Source: Eubacteriales bacterium
GTDB taxonomy: Bacteria; Bacillota; Clostridia; Oscillospirales; CAG-272
DNA length: 56,704 nucleotides
Assembly: GCA_045580065.1 (NCBI GenBank)
Contig: JAZNNA010000003.1
Coordinates: 1-56,704, forward strand
Direction: 5' to 3'
Made by a program: the position numbers and the translations under genes. Shown piece after piece: positions 8,770 through 17,931 of the stretch. Numbering within the stretch: the stretch's first letter is position 1; every line of letters starts with the position of its first letter. A model generated the notes under the pieces. That model did no database searches. It saw only the letters and a program-made list of their open reading frames with translations, and had not been told where the DNA came from.

Positions 8770-10218
8770 CTATAGCTGCGCCGCCTGCTCCAAAACGGCA
8801 TTTTTCTCGTTTAAGGGGGTACGTACCCCGCCGATCAGCTGAAAATCAAGGCTTCCCTTGCCAAAAAGCAACAGCACGTCACCGGGGCGAAGGTCGCTGA
8901 CGCCGCGCTTGATAGCGGCAACACGGTCGGGAATGACCACCGCGCGCTCGGGCTGCGCCATACCGTCCAGCATCTGCGCGCAGATGCTGCGCACGTCCTC
9001 GGCATCGGGATCGTCAGCCGTCAGATACACAAAATCCGCATACTCTGCAGCTACTCGCCCAAGCGCCATACGGCGGGAATGGGCACGTCCGCCAACCGAG
9101 CCGAGCAGCACGCACAGCCTGCCCGCGGTATGCTTGCGCAGAGCAGAGAGCGAAGCGGCAAGATGCTGCGGAAGATAGCCGCTGTCGGTATAGACCAGGC
9201 GCTCCTTTTGCGCATAAATACAGCAAAGTCCCACCGGCAAGTTGATCTCGCACAGGGCCTGAGAGATCTGCTCTGGCGTTACCCCGATCACACGGGCAAG
9301 CAACGCCGCAGCAGCGGCGTTTTCGGCAGCCCAAGGCGCAGGATCGGAAAGCAAGGCGGCGATCTCTGCACCGGCGACCTGCAGCACGATCTCAAGCTGC
9401 GGCTTGCCATAGGGAGATACACGTACGCGGCCCTCGCGCACAAAAGCATCACCGCCCTTGCCAAGCCAAAGCGCTTTTCCGCTTCCCTTTGTCTTTGTGC
9501 CGCACGGCAAAAGCGAAAATCCGCTGCATTCCTCAAGCAAACGCGGCAAGGCCTCGCGCTTTCTTGCAAGCGAGCGATCGAAATCCTCGATTTGGCAGGA
9601 ATATTCGGTGTTCGTCAGCAAAACGGCGGCAAACGGTATGAGTTTTGCGGCAAAATGTGCCAGCTGATAGGCAGAAAACTCCAAAATGGCGACCTCGGCG
9701 CCCGCTGCCGCCATTTTTTGCAGCGCATACTGTATTTCCACCGCATCCGGCACGGTGGTGCGCGGGTACTGTTTTCCCTTTTCAAGCGAAAAACCGCGTG
9801 ACGTGAGCGAGAAAACGCATATTTCCTGCCGTTTCAGGATCTGCTCCAGCAGCAGGGCAACCGAGGTCTTGCCCACCATGCCGGAAATGCCGATCACCGT
9901 CATTTTTCTTGCAGGATAGCCAAGTAAGCGCGCCGTAAGCTCGCCTGCCAGCGCCTCAGGGCACTCGCAAAGCACTATCACGCACCCCTCGCCCGGATAG
10001 GCGTCGTGCGCGCAAAGAAAAAGACGGCAGCCGTTTGCATACGCACACGCCATGCCGTCGCGTGCGCTGTCCACCGCGCGCCCGGTACAGATATATAACG
10101 CGTTCTGCAGCTCCCCCGTGGGGGCAGTTACGATCCTTGTCACCTCCTGCTCCGCAAGGGGCAGAGAGTCGGGCGAGAGGCGATACTCTACCCCGCAAAG
10201 CAATTCAGTCAGCAGCAT
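8770..10218 (-). CDS. Mur ligase family protein (MurE-like paralogue with degenerate motifs)
   Basis: Start at internal ATG 10218 with GGGAGGAG upstream. P-loop-like GISGMVGKTS, LEFSAYQL (canonical EVSSHAL), LTADDPDAED (canonical DNPRxEDP) and FGKGSLDF (canonical GKGHE). Confidence 0.7.
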   Translation of the reverse strand: MLLTELLCGVEYRLSPDSLPLAEQEVTRIVTAPTGELQNALYICTGRAVDSARDGMACAYANGCRLFLCAHDAYPGEGCVIVLCECPEALAGELTARLLGYPARKMTVIGISGMVGKTSVALLLEQILKRQEICVFSLTSRGFSLEKGKQYPRTTVPDAVEIQYALQKMAAAGAEVAILEFSAYQLAHFAAKLIPFAAVLLTNTEYSCQIEDFDRSLARKREALPRLLEECSGFSLLPCGTKTKGSGKALWLGKGGDAFVREGRVRVSPYGKPQLEIVLQVAGAEIAALLSDPAPWAAENAAAAALLARVIGVTPEQISQALCEINLPVGLCCIYAQKERLVYTDSGYLPQHLAASLSALRKHTAGRLCVLLGSVGGRAHSRRMALGRVAAEYADFVYLTADDPDAEDVRSICAQMLDGMAQPERAVVIPDRVAAIKRGVSDLRPGDVLLLFGKGSLDFQLIGGVRTPLNEKNAVLEQAAQL

Positions 10219-10219
10219 C

Positions 10220-10579
10220 TCAAAGCTCCTCCCCCAGCACCTCGGCGGCGCGGCGCAGAATAAAGCGCGCCTCAAGCACCGAGCGGTTTCTGTTTACAAA
10301 GCCGGCATACGCCTCGTCACAAAGCACCAGCAGCGGCACGCGCATACCGCCGGAAAGCTCAACGTCCTGCAAAATGGTCAAAAGCAGCTCGTCGGAGAGC
10401 GTGGGGGGCGCATTGATCAGCGTGACGGAGGGCAGAAAGCGCAACGTGAGCGCGCGCTTGCCGGAGAGGACCGTGCTGCCGATATCATAATGCTTTTGCA
10501 TATAACGCACGCAGGCGTGGCAGGGCGTGTTTGCCCCCAGCATCACGGGATATAAGCAATCGTGCAGCAGACTATCCAC
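10220..10579 (-). CDS. hypothetical protein (119 aa, CxxC-containing), coupled to the Mur-ligase paralogue
   Basis: Its stop is 1 nt before the downstream start. Contains the CHAC motif. No family recognised. Confidence 0.5.
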   Translation of the reverse strand: MDSLLHDCLYPVMLGANTPCHACVRYMQKHYDIGSTVLSGKRALTLRFLPSVTLINAPPTLSDELLLTILQDVELSGGMRVPLLVLCDEAYAGFVNRNRSVLEARFILRRAAEVLGEEL

Positions 10580-10669
10580 GGCGTTCCCCTCCTCTTTTTT
10601 ACTCTGCTATTATTATACCGCCTTTTGCTGCAAAAAACAAGCGAATTTTGTATCCTTGCCAAATTTCTA

Positions 10670-10698
10670 TTGCAAGCGGTGAAAAAATAGAGTATAAT
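10670..10698 (+). promoter_or_regulatory. sigma-A type promoter of the GNAT gene
   Basis: TTGCAA, 17 nt spacer, TATAAT. Confidence 0.65.
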
Positions 10699-10728
10699 GT
10701 TGTCAGAGCACCCCCTGAGGAGGACAGC

Positions 10729-11304
10729 ATGAAGAAGGAAACGCTATATCATATCTTTTCGCATATCCCGGAGCTGGAGACCGAGCGCCTTATCCTGCGC
10801 CAGATGCGCGTGCGCGATGCCGAGGATATGTTTGCCTACGCCAAGGACCCCGAGGTCACCAAATATCTTTTATGGCGTCCACACGCCAACCTGCAGTACA
10901 CGCGCAGTTATCTGGAATATCTTGCAGGGCGCTACCGCATCGGCGCGCACTACGAATGGGCGGTGATCTCAAAGCAATCAGGACATATGATCGGCACCTG
11001 CGGCTTTGCGCGCATCGACTGTGCCCACAACTGCGGCGAGCTTGGCTACGTGCTGAACCCCGACTACCGCGGCAAGGGGCTGATGCCCGAGGCAGCGCAG
11101 CGCGTGCTGCGCTTTGGCTTTGCGGTGCTGGGGCTTCACCGCATCGAGGCAAGATATATGATCGAAAACACGGCCTCGCGCCACGTGATGGAAAAGCTGA
11201 ATATGCGCTTTGAGGGCGTGGCGGCCGAATCTATGCTGGTCAAGGGCATCTACCGCGACATTGGCACCTGCGCCATTCTGGCAAAGGACTTCCGCGCCGA
11301 ATAA
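10729..11304 (+). CDS. GNAT family N-acetyltransferase (RimJ/RimL-like)
   Basis: ATG at 10729 preceded by GAGGAGG. ...TERLILRQMRVRDAEDMFAYAKDPEVTKYLLW... and YRGKGLMPEA acetyl-CoA-binding block. Confidence 0.85.
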   Translation: MKKETLYHIFSHIPELETERLILRQMRVRDAEDMFAYAKDPEVTKYLLWRPHANLQYTRSYLEYLAGRYRIGAHYEWAVISKQSGHMIGTCGFARIDCAHNCGELGYVLNPDYRGKGLMPEAAQRVLRFGFAVLGLHRIEARYMIENTASRHVMEKLNMRFEGVAAESMLVKGIYRDIGTCAILAKDFRAE

Positions 11305-11360
11305 GTGCACCACATATTGGCAATACTCCTCCTTGCAACACAATGCAAGGAGGATTTTTT

Positions 11361-11927
11361 ATGGCAAGCTATGTAAAGCCCGGCGTTGACCCCGCCGCAT
11401 TAAAGGGCAGCAAGACCGAGCAAAATCTGCACACCGCACTCAGCGGCGAGTCGCAGGCCTATCTGCGCTACAAATGGTTTGAGCAAAAGGCGATCGCAGA
11501 TGGCTTTGTTGACGTGGCCAAGCTGTTTGAGGCGACGGCCGCCAACGAAAAGGAGCACGCCGAGCTGTGGTTCCGCTATCTCGGCGGCTACAGCGCCACC
11601 GAGAAAAACCTGGATGCGGCAGCAGGTGGCGAGCATTTTGAGTGGGAAACGATGTACGCCGATTTTGCACGCGAGGCGCGCGAGGAAGGGTTTACCACCC
11701 TGGCGCTGCTGTTTGAAAAGGTGGCCTCGATTGAAAAGCAGCACGAGCAGAATTATCGCAAGGCGATGCAGCAGCTGCAGGACGGCAGCGTGTTTGAGGA
11801 CAGCAACCCCGACACAAAGTGGATCTGCCTGAACTGTGGGCTTGTGATCAGCGGCAAAACGCCGCCTGCCATCTGCCCCGTCTGCTCGCATCCGCAGGGG
11901 TATTTCACAAGGCAAAAGGAAAATTAA
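11361..11927 (+). CDS. rbr: rubrerythrin
   Basis: AAGGAGG RBS before ATG 11361. Ferritin-like di-iron ExxH motifs and a C-terminal rubredoxin-like CLNCG...CPVC. Confidence 0.9.
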   Translation: MASYVKPGVDPAALKGSKTEQNLHTALSGESQAYLRYKWFEQKAIADGFVDVAKLFEATAANEKEHAELWFRYLGGYSATEKNLDAAAGGEHFEWETMYADFAREAREEGFTTLALLFEKVASIEKQHEQNYRKAMQQLQDGSVFEDSNPDTKWICLNCGLVISGKTPPAICPVCSHPQGYFTRQKEN

Positions 11928-11932
11928 AAAGC

Positions 11933-11964
11933 AAAAAAGGGGGGACGTGTCCCCCCCTTTTTTT
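11933..11964. terminator. bidirectional terminator (rubrerythrin / spoVAE)
   Basis: AAAAAAGGGGGGAC GTGT CCCCCCCTTTTTTT. Confidence 0.85.
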
Positions 11965-12334
11965 ATCGGCGCGGCTTGCCGCCGTGGCAGATCGCCGCCG
12001 CCAGAAGCCCCGCGCAAAGCGCCACCGTGGTGCCCGCAGCAGCGGCGGAAAGCCCACCGCTGAAGACGCCAAGCAGTCCCTTTTCATCCACCGCCTCGCG
12101 CACGCCCTTGGCGATCAGATGCCCAAAGCCGGAAAGCGGCGTGGTCACACCCGCGCCCGCAAGCTCGGCAAGCGGCGCGTAAAGCCCCACGGCTGAGATC
12201 AGTACACCTGCCACCACGTACCCCACAAGGATGCGCGCAGGGGTCAGCTTGGTCTTGTCGATCAGCATCTGCGCCAACGCGCAGAGCGCCCCACCGAACA
12301 CAAAGGAAAGGATCAGCTTTAAGACAATGCCCAT
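11963..12334 (-). CDS. spoVAE: stage V sporulation protein AE (SpoVAEb-type)
   Basis: Internal ATG at 12334 with AAAGGAGGTGGGAG upstream. MGIVLKLILSFVFGGALCALAQMLIDKTKLTPA...AGAGVTTPLSGFGH matches the SpoVAC/SpoVAEb family signature. Confidence 0.85.
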   Translation of the reverse strand: MGIVLKLILSFVFGGALCALAQMLIDKTKLTPARILVGYVVAGVLISAVGLYAPLAELAGAGVTTPLSGFGHLIAKGVREAVDEKGLLGVFSGGLSAAAAGTTVALCAGLLAAAICHGGKPRR

Positions 12335-13338
12335 TCTCCCACCTCCTTTGCCGTGATGCAAAGCAAATGCGCCACCGCGGGGATGCACTCGCCCTGCTGA
12401 ATAGATTGCGGACTCATCATAGCACCCGTGCCGAGAAACAGAATTTTTTGCAGCTCGCCGCGCTGCAGCTTGGGCAAAAGATAAGAGGCAAGCACTGTCG
12501 CCGAGCAGCCGCAGCCCGATCCCCCCGCGTGCGTATCCTGTACGTCGCGGCTGTAGATCATCATGCCGCAATCGTTGATCACGCCGCTGATATCCCAGCC
12601 CTCGCTTTTCATCAGCTCACAAAGGATGCTGACCCCCTCGTAGCCAAGATCCCCCGTGACGATGAGATCAAAATCCGAGGGGACGGTGTGCGTATTTGCG
12701 AAAAATCGCAGCAGCGTGTCCGCTGCGGCAGGTGCCATCGCCGCGCCCATATTTGCGGCATCACGCACCCCCATTTCCAATACCGTTCCGGGGTATACAC
12801 CGCGGATCAGCGCCTGCGCACCCACGCTTTCCCCCACGATAAAGGCCCCCGCCCCCGTTACCGTCCATTGCGCGGTAGGGGCGCGCTGCGCACCGTACTC
12901 AATGGGCGAGCGATACTGCCGCTCGGCCGTGCAGTTGTGCGAGGATGCCACCGCTGCGGCACGGCGCAGCATTTTGCCGGAAACAAGCAGGGCGGATAGC
13001 AAAAGCCCCTCTGCCGCCGTTGAGCAAGCACCGTATAAGCCCAGATACGGTATTGAAAAATCCTTCAATCCGTATGCCGCCCCCACGCATTGGTTCAAGA
13101 GATCCCCTGCAAAGATCGCGTCGATCTCCCCCTCGTGCAGCTTGCCCTTGGCAAGGGCTGTGTTCAACGCAAGCCGCTGCATTTCCGCCTCTGCCTTCTC
13201 CCAGGTCTTTTGCGAAAAGCGGTCGTCTGTACAATGCAGATCAAAGCAGTCACCAAGCGGCCCCTCTTTTTCCATTTCTCCCACTACAGAGGCGGCGCAA
13301 TGAATGCCACACTCCGTCAAGATCCAGTCGTTTCTCAT
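12319..13338 (-). CDS. spoVAD: stage V sporulation protein AD
   Basis: 339 aa thiolase-fold-like protein. N-terminus MRNDWILTECGIHCAASVVGEMEKEGPLGDCFD is typical of SpoVAD. Followed by spoVAE. Confidence 0.9.
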   Translation of the reverse strand: MRNDWILTECGIHCAASVVGEMEKEGPLGDCFDLHCTDDRFSQKTWEKAEAEMQRLALNTALAKGKLHEGEIDAIFAGDLLNQCVGAAYGLKDFSIPYLGLYGACSTAAEGLLLSALLVSGKMLRRAAAVASSHNCTAERQYRSPIEYGAQRAPTAQWTVTGAGAFIVGESVGAQALIRGVYPGTVLEMGVRDAANMGAAMAPAAADTLLRFFANTHTVPSDFDLIVTGDLGYEGVSILCELMKSEGWDISGVINDCGMMIYSRDVQDTHAGGSGCGCSATVLASYLLPKLQRGELQKILFLGTGAMMSPQSIQQGECIPAVAHLLCITAKEVGEWALS

Positions 13339-13369
13339 ACCGTCCCCCCTTCAATTTACATTACGGGAT

Positions 13370-13398
13370 TATTTTTCCTTATTTTTTGCATTTTATGC
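13370..13398 (-). promoter_or_regulatory. putative forespore sigma-F/G-type promoter of spoVAD-spoVAE
   Basis: Minus strand reads GCATA, 15 nt spacer, GGAAAAATA. This fits the published sigma-F pattern GCATR-N15-GGHRARHTX. It lies about 30 nt upstream of the spoVAD ATG. Confidence 0.45.
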
Positions 13399-13400
13399 AA

Positions 13401-13438
13401 GAAAGAAAAAAGCCCCCGCTTTTTGGCAAAAGCGGGGG
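13401..13438 (-). terminator. intrinsic terminator ending the DUF1538...membrane-protein operon
   Basis: CCCCCGCTTTT/AAAAGCGGGGG stem followed on the minus strand by TTTTTTCTTTC. Confidence 0.85.
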
Positions 13439-13449
13439 ACGTATGGGGG

Positions 13450-13980
13450 TTATTTGTGCAAAAAGCGGAACAGGTGCCGCCATTTTGCATAATATGCGGA
13501 AACAAGGCGTGTCAGCGCGATATCGTACAGCACAAACACGGGAATGCAAAGCAGCAAGAGCGCATAGTACAGCGGTGGGATCTCAAAGAGCGCCAGCACC
13601 TTGACCGCCACCAGAACGGCAACGGCAAGCGCCGCACAAAACACGGCAAGCTTGATCACCCATTCCAGCACGCGCGAGGTGAGTTTGCCCTCTATTTTTG
13701 CCTTGATGATGGGATAATACCCCATAAAGCAAAGGTAATACAGCGGTGCGGATTTATAGGGCACCAGCAGCATTGCAAGCAGTGCGGTCACGGCATAGAT
13801 GAGGTACGGATACTTTCCCCCAAGCTCGATCACCGCAAGGATCACAAATAGCGAGGCGATCACCGCCATGGAGATATCCAGCACCTGCACAAGCGAGCCG
13901 AGGGCCAGAAGGATCACGCCCAGCGCGCAAAGCATAGCCGACGCGGCAAGATAGCGCGTGCTTTTTTTGCGGCGGTCCAT
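13450..13980 (-). CDS. polytopic membrane protein, unknown function
   Basis: 176 aa with about 5 hydrophobic segments. Its start is 1 nt after the J-domain gene stop. Confidence 0.7.
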   Translation of the reverse strand: MDRRKKSTRYLAASAMLCALGVILLALGSLVQVLDISMAVIASLFVILAVIELGGKYPYLIYAVTALLAMLLVPYKSAPLYYLCFMGYYPIIKAKIEGKLTSRVLEWVIKLAVFCAALAVAVLVAVKVLALFEIPPLYYALLLLCIPVFVLYDIALTRLVSAYYAKWRHLFRFLHK

Positions 13981-13981
13981 C

Positions 13982-14623
13982 TCAGCAGCAGGAGATCAGA
14001 TCGCCACCCATGCACTCGCAGCAGCAATCTGCGCAGATCAACGAGTTACAAACGTCGCATGCAGAGCAGCCGCCGGTGGTTTCGGTGCGGCGATAGCCGC
14101 CGCCAAAGCCGCTTGACTGCTTTGCCATCTGCTCCTTGGCGCGGTAATATTCGCTGTTGGTGGGCTCCATACGGTAGGCAGTATCAAACGCCGTTTGCGC
14201 ATCCACGTAAAAGCCCTTTCGCATCAGAACGCAGCCGGAAAGAAAGTGCCACTCGGCACCGCGATCCGCCTCGGCGATCTCGGTGAGCAGTCTTTCAGCC
14301 TCGGTGATATTGCCCGCATTGATGCAGTTGCGGATCAGGGTAAACTTTTCCTGCGCCTCACGCGAGTACTGGCGTCTGCCCTGCTGGGTGTTGCTGTAGG
14401 CGTTGGCGCCCGTCCCGGTCTTTCCCTGCCCCTCGGCACGCTCGCTCTGGATCTGCTCGTAAGCGGCGTTGACCTCCTTCATCTTGTCGCTGGCAAGATC
14501 GGCAAGGTCACTATCCGCATAGCGGTCGGGATGGTATTTACGCGCAAGCTCGTGATAAGCCTGCTTGATCTCGTCATCTGTGGCTGTGGGCGAAACACCC
14601 AGCACCTTGTAAGGATTGTTCAT
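13982..14623 (-). CDS. J-domain protein with a TPR-like middle region and a Cys-rich C-terminal tail
   Basis: Internal ATG at 14623. [33 protein letters not shown] carries the HPD motif. C-terminus is [30 protein letters not shown]. Confidence 0.85.
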   Translation of the reverse strand: MNNPYKVLGVSPTATDDEIKQAYHELARKYHPDRYADSDLADLASDKMKEVNAAYEQIQSERAEGQGKTGTGANAYSNTQQGRRQYSREAQEKFTLIRNCINAGNITEAERLLTEIAEADRGAEWHFLSGCVLMRKGFYVDAQTAFDTAYRMEPTNSEYYRAKEQMAKQSSGFGGGYRRTETTGGCSACDVCNSLICADCCCECMGGDLISCC

Positions 14624-14648
14624 CGATCGTTCCCTTTCATTGATCGTA

Positions 14649-15524
14649 TTACTGCTTTTTGTTTTCCTGTAGCATGGCGGCAGTTGCCCTTTTGGCTGCT
14701 TGCGGCAGACCAAGATACAGCACGTTATGAATGATGCCGCCAAGCTCGGGTGAGGGATGATCCTCCAGCAAAAGCACTCCCTGCTCCGCATCGGCAAGCA
14801 AGGCGGTCAGCGCTGCGCAAAGCCCCTGCACGTCCCCCTCGCTCGGTCCATTAGGATAAAGCCTTTTATAGGGGTTGAAACGCCCTTTTTTGCAGTCCTC
14901 GCGGTAATCGTCGGCAGCATCCACCAGGTAGATCCAGCGTCCGATCGCCCTGCCGATCACGGCGGCGATGCGCTGCTGCTTTTCCGGCAATCCCTCGCAC
15001 AGCACGGCCTCCATCAGGGCGCCAAAGCGAGAAGCGGGCTGATCGGCCCCCGTCAGCGCCTCGGATTTTTCATCCCTTGAAAGATCGGCAAGCGAGGTGG
15101 CAATGCTTTGCTCCAGCGCGGGGTAACGCCCCCTTGCCTTTTGAAAGCCGTATCTGAAAAAGCAGCGCCCAAGCCGTGCACGCAGCCGCTTTGCACCGCG
15201 CTCATCGCTGATATCGTCGGCCAGCTTGTGATATACAAGCAGCGCCGAGGCGTCCGCGCAAAAATCCAACGCCTGACAGGGCTGCACCGTCCAGCGCTTG
15301 CGGAAGGGATGCAAAAAGCAGCTTTGCTTTTTAAGCTCCACCCGCTCGCCGGTCAGCGCCAGTCGCACGGCCGCAAGAAACACAAAATCATAGCTGAGGC
15401 ACGCCCGCGAGCAATGCCCCGTGCATTTACCCATACTGTGGCAAAGACCGCAGTAAAGCGCACGGTAATATTCGTATTCGCGCACACGCAGCTCGCCGCG
15501 CTCGGTTTTAACGTACCCGAACAT
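14649..15524 (-). CDS. DUF5685 family protein
   Basis: N-terminus [33 protein letters not shown] is as I recall for DUF5685 proteins of Firmicutes. 291 aa. Confidence 0.7.
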   Translation of the reverse strand: MFGYVKTERGELRVREYEYYRALYCGLCHSMGKCTGHCSRACLSYDFVFLAAVRLALTGERVELKKQSCFLHPFRKRWTVQPCQALDFCADASALLVYHKLADDISDERGAKRLRARLGRCFFRYGFQKARGRYPALEQSIATSLADLSRDEKSEALTGADQPASRFGALMEAVLCEGLPEKQQRIAAVIGRAIGRWIYLVDAADDYREDCKKGRFNPYKRLYPNGPSEGDVQGLCAALTALLADAEQGVLLLEDHPSPELGGIIHNVLYLGLPQAAKRATAAMLQENKKQ

Positions 15525-15580
15525 ACCGTACTCCTTTACTTTATCGCATCAGCGTGATGAATATAAGTGTTTTGTGTGAA

Positions 15581-15904
15581 TTATTCTGCCTTTTGCGTGG
15601 GCAGGCCGACCACTCCGTCTACCGGCAGCGCCATGGCAATGCCCTGGCCGGGGGTCTGCAGACCCACCTTTTGGTACAGCGCGTGCAGCACGTCGTCCTT
15701 GATCTTGCTGGGGACCAGAATGATCACAGCCTCCTTTTCAGGCTGAATGGTGATCTTGAAAAAGGTTTCTGCCTCTTTGTTTGCGGTGCCGCGTGCGTGA
15801 AGCACCGTACCGCCCCCTGCGCCGCAGGCACGTGCGGCGTCCATCACAACGTCGCTGTAGCCGGCGTTGACGATGCACAAGATCAATTCATGCTCAAATT
15901 TCAT
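15581..15904 (-). CDS. P-II family (GlnB-like) signal-transduction protein
   Basis: 107 aa. ELILCIVNAGYSDVVMDAARACGAGGGTVLHARG... has the ferredoxin-like P-II pattern of the subgroup found beside DUF1538 genes. Confidence 0.8.
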   Translation of the reverse strand: MKFEHELILCIVNAGYSDVVMDAARACGAGGGTVLHARGTANKEAETFFKITIQPEKEAVIILVPSKIKDDVLHALYQKVGLQTPGQGIAMALPVDGVVGLPTQKAE

Positions 15905-16353
15905 TGCTCCGCACCCATCCTTCCTTGGCGATTGTTGGATAAAAATTGATAGATCGCCACGCCGATCACGCCCGTGAGCGGTACGGTCATAGCAATACCC
16001 TTTCCGTTTTTGATCGTGGCAAATTTTTCCTCCAGCTTAGAAAGCACCTTTGCTGCCCGATCCTCTCTCACCGTGCTGAAGATCACGGTCTTTTCGCTTT
16101 CCTCCAGACCCATCAGCGAGCGGATCTCTGAGGTGGCGGTGCCGTTTGCCGCCGAGCAGAACTGCATATTTACGTCAAAGGACTGGATCAGGTCCATATA
16201 AAACTCTGCCTTGGTACGGTCCACCACCGTGATCAGCAGCTTTAATTTTTGCGGGGCTGCCTTGTGGTTGGTGGCCTCCGGCTTTTTCACCGTCCTGCGG
16301 CGCTTGGACGCGGCTTCCGGCTTTTTTGCTGTGGGATTTCCGTTTTCCGACAT
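15901..16353 (-). CDS. P-II-like protein with a basic Lys/Ala/Pro-rich N-terminal extension
   Basis: ATG at 16353 with AAGGAGGG upstream. About 45 aa of basic tail, then LKLLITVVDRTKAEFYMDLIQSF...GKGIAMTVPL. 4-nt overlap with the next P-II gene. Confidence 0.75.
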   Translation of the reverse strand: MSENGNPTAKKPEAASKRRRTVKKPEATNHKAAPQKLKLLITVVDRTKAEFYMDLIQSFDVNMQFCSAANGTATSEIRSLMGLEESEKTVIFSTVREDRAAKVLSKLEEKFATIKNGKGIAMTVPLTGVIGVAIYQFLSNNRQGRMGAEQ

Positions 16354-16366
16354 AGTGCCACCCTCC

Positions 16367-17890
16367 TTACATAAAGTCGATGATCTGCTCATCGTCGGCA
16401 TCCAGGATGCGCTTCATCATAATGTTGTCGCGCACCTTTGCGGCCATCACGGCACGGAAGCCCATCACCTGAATGGTGATCAGGGGGGTCATGGCTACCA
16501 TTGCCACAATGCCAAAGGCATTTTCCAGCACGGAGGATGCGCCGCCCACGCACACGCAGGCGCCGATGGCAAGCGGCAGGATAAAGCTTGAGGTCAAGGG
16601 ACCGCTGGCAACACCGCCCGAGTCAAAGGCGATGGCCGTATACAGGCGCGGCACAAAAAAGGAAAGGCCGAGCGAGATCATGTAGCCGGGGATCAGATAA
16701 TACAAAATGCTGAAATCAAAAATGATACGCAGCATAGAAAGCCCAATGGAAACACCGACACCGACCGAAAGCGCAACGGTCATGGAGCGGCGGCTGACCG
16801 AGCCGCTGGTGATGCTTTCCACCTGGCGGTTCAACACGTGAACGGCGGGCTCGGCCAATACGACCACAAGGCCAAGAACAAACCCGAATATCACAAGCAC
16901 CACGGGGCGCTGGGCAAGCTGGCTGCCAAGCTTATAGCCGATGGGCATAAAGCCGATGGTGACCGAGGACAAAAAGATCACAAGGCCCAAAAAGGTGTAA
17001 ACAAGACCAACACCGATACGCCCGAGGATCCTGCCGGGCAGGTGCAGGCAAGTAAACTGCAGCACGGCAAAAAACACCACGATCAGCGCAAGCGCCAGCA
17101 GCACCTCGCCCGCCACCTTGCCGACGACGTGCAAAAGGTTGATGCCAAGATTTGCCTCAACGCTGTATTCGGGCAGTGCATAGGTCAGATCCCCCTTGGC
17201 AAAAATCCCAAGCGCCATTACGGCAAGAATAGGGCCGACCGAGCAAAGCGCCACCAGACCGAAGCTGTTCTCGCCCGCGTTTTTACCGCCCAGCACACCC
17301 GCGATACCGGCACCAAGTGCCATGATAAAGGGGACCGTGATGGGGCCGGTTGTCACGCCACCCGAGTCAAAGGCAAGCGGCAGCAGCGCCTGATTGCCGT
17401 TTTGAAAGATCAGCGAGGCCAGGGCAAACAGCATCAGATAAAAGAACAAAAGCAAGGAGGAGAGCTGTGTTTTGGTAAGGATCTTCAGCACGGAGAGCAG
17501 CAGAAACAGACCCACGCCCAATCCCACGAACAGGATCAGCTGCGTGCCGTTGATCACGTCGCTGACCTGCGTTGCAAGCACGGAAAGATCCGGCTCGGCC
17601 ACCGTGATCAGCACACCCAGCACAAAGCAGGTGCCAAGCAAAACGCCCATCCGGCGGGATTTGGAAAGACCTGCACCCACGTGTACGCCCATTGGCGTCA
17701 TTGCCATATCGGCACCCATATTGAAAAGCCCGATGCCGCCGATCAGCATAACGGCGGAAACGGCAAAGGCAACGATCTCTGTGGTGGACAAGGAAAGCAA
17801 GGGGGTAAACGCCAGAATCAGCACGATCAGTGCCACCGGCAATACCGAGGTCAGCGCTTCCTTCATCTTTGCGACCAACGCCTTAAGCAT
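16367..17890 (-). CDS. membrane protein with two tandem DUF1538 domains
   Basis: 507 aa, highly hydrophobic. Internal duplication is visible: AFDSGGVTTGPITVPFIMALGAG in the first half and AFDSGGVASGPLTSSFILPLAIG in the second. Confidence 0.8.
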   Translation of the reverse strand: MLKALVAKMKEALTSVLPVALIVLILAFTPLLSLSTTEIVAFAVSAVMLIGGIGLFNMGADMAMTPMGVHVGAGLSKSRRMGVLLGTCFVLGVLITVAEPDLSVLATQVSDVINGTQLILFVGLGVGLFLLLSVLKILTKTQLSSLLLFFYLMLFALASLIFQNGNQALLPLAFDSGGVTTGPITVPFIMALGAGIAGVLGGKNAGENSFGLVALCSVGPILAVMALGIFAKGDLTYALPEYSVEANLGINLLHVVGKVAGEVLLALALIVVFFAVLQFTCLHLPGRILGRIGVGLVYTFLGLVIFLSSVTIGFMPIGYKLGSQLAQRPVVLVIFGFVLGLVVVLAEPAVHVLNRQVESITSGSVSRRSMTVALSVGVGVSIGLSMLRIIFDFSILYYLIPGYMISLGLSFFVPRLYTAIAFDSGGVASGPLTSSFILPLAIGACVCVGGASSVLENAFGIVAMVAMTPLITIQVMGFRAVMAAKVRDNIMMKRILDADDEQIIDFM

Positions 17891-17931
17891 ACCACGTTCT
17901 CCTTTCTGATTTTATATTACACACTTAATTT

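Noticed and set aside
8200-8842. Several overlapping plus-strand ORFs (187, 99 and 147 aa)
   Set aside because: They are antisense to the low-complexity Ala/Glu/Pro-rich 5' part of the 616-aa gene and to its upstream region. They are repeat-driven open frames without starts or RBSs.
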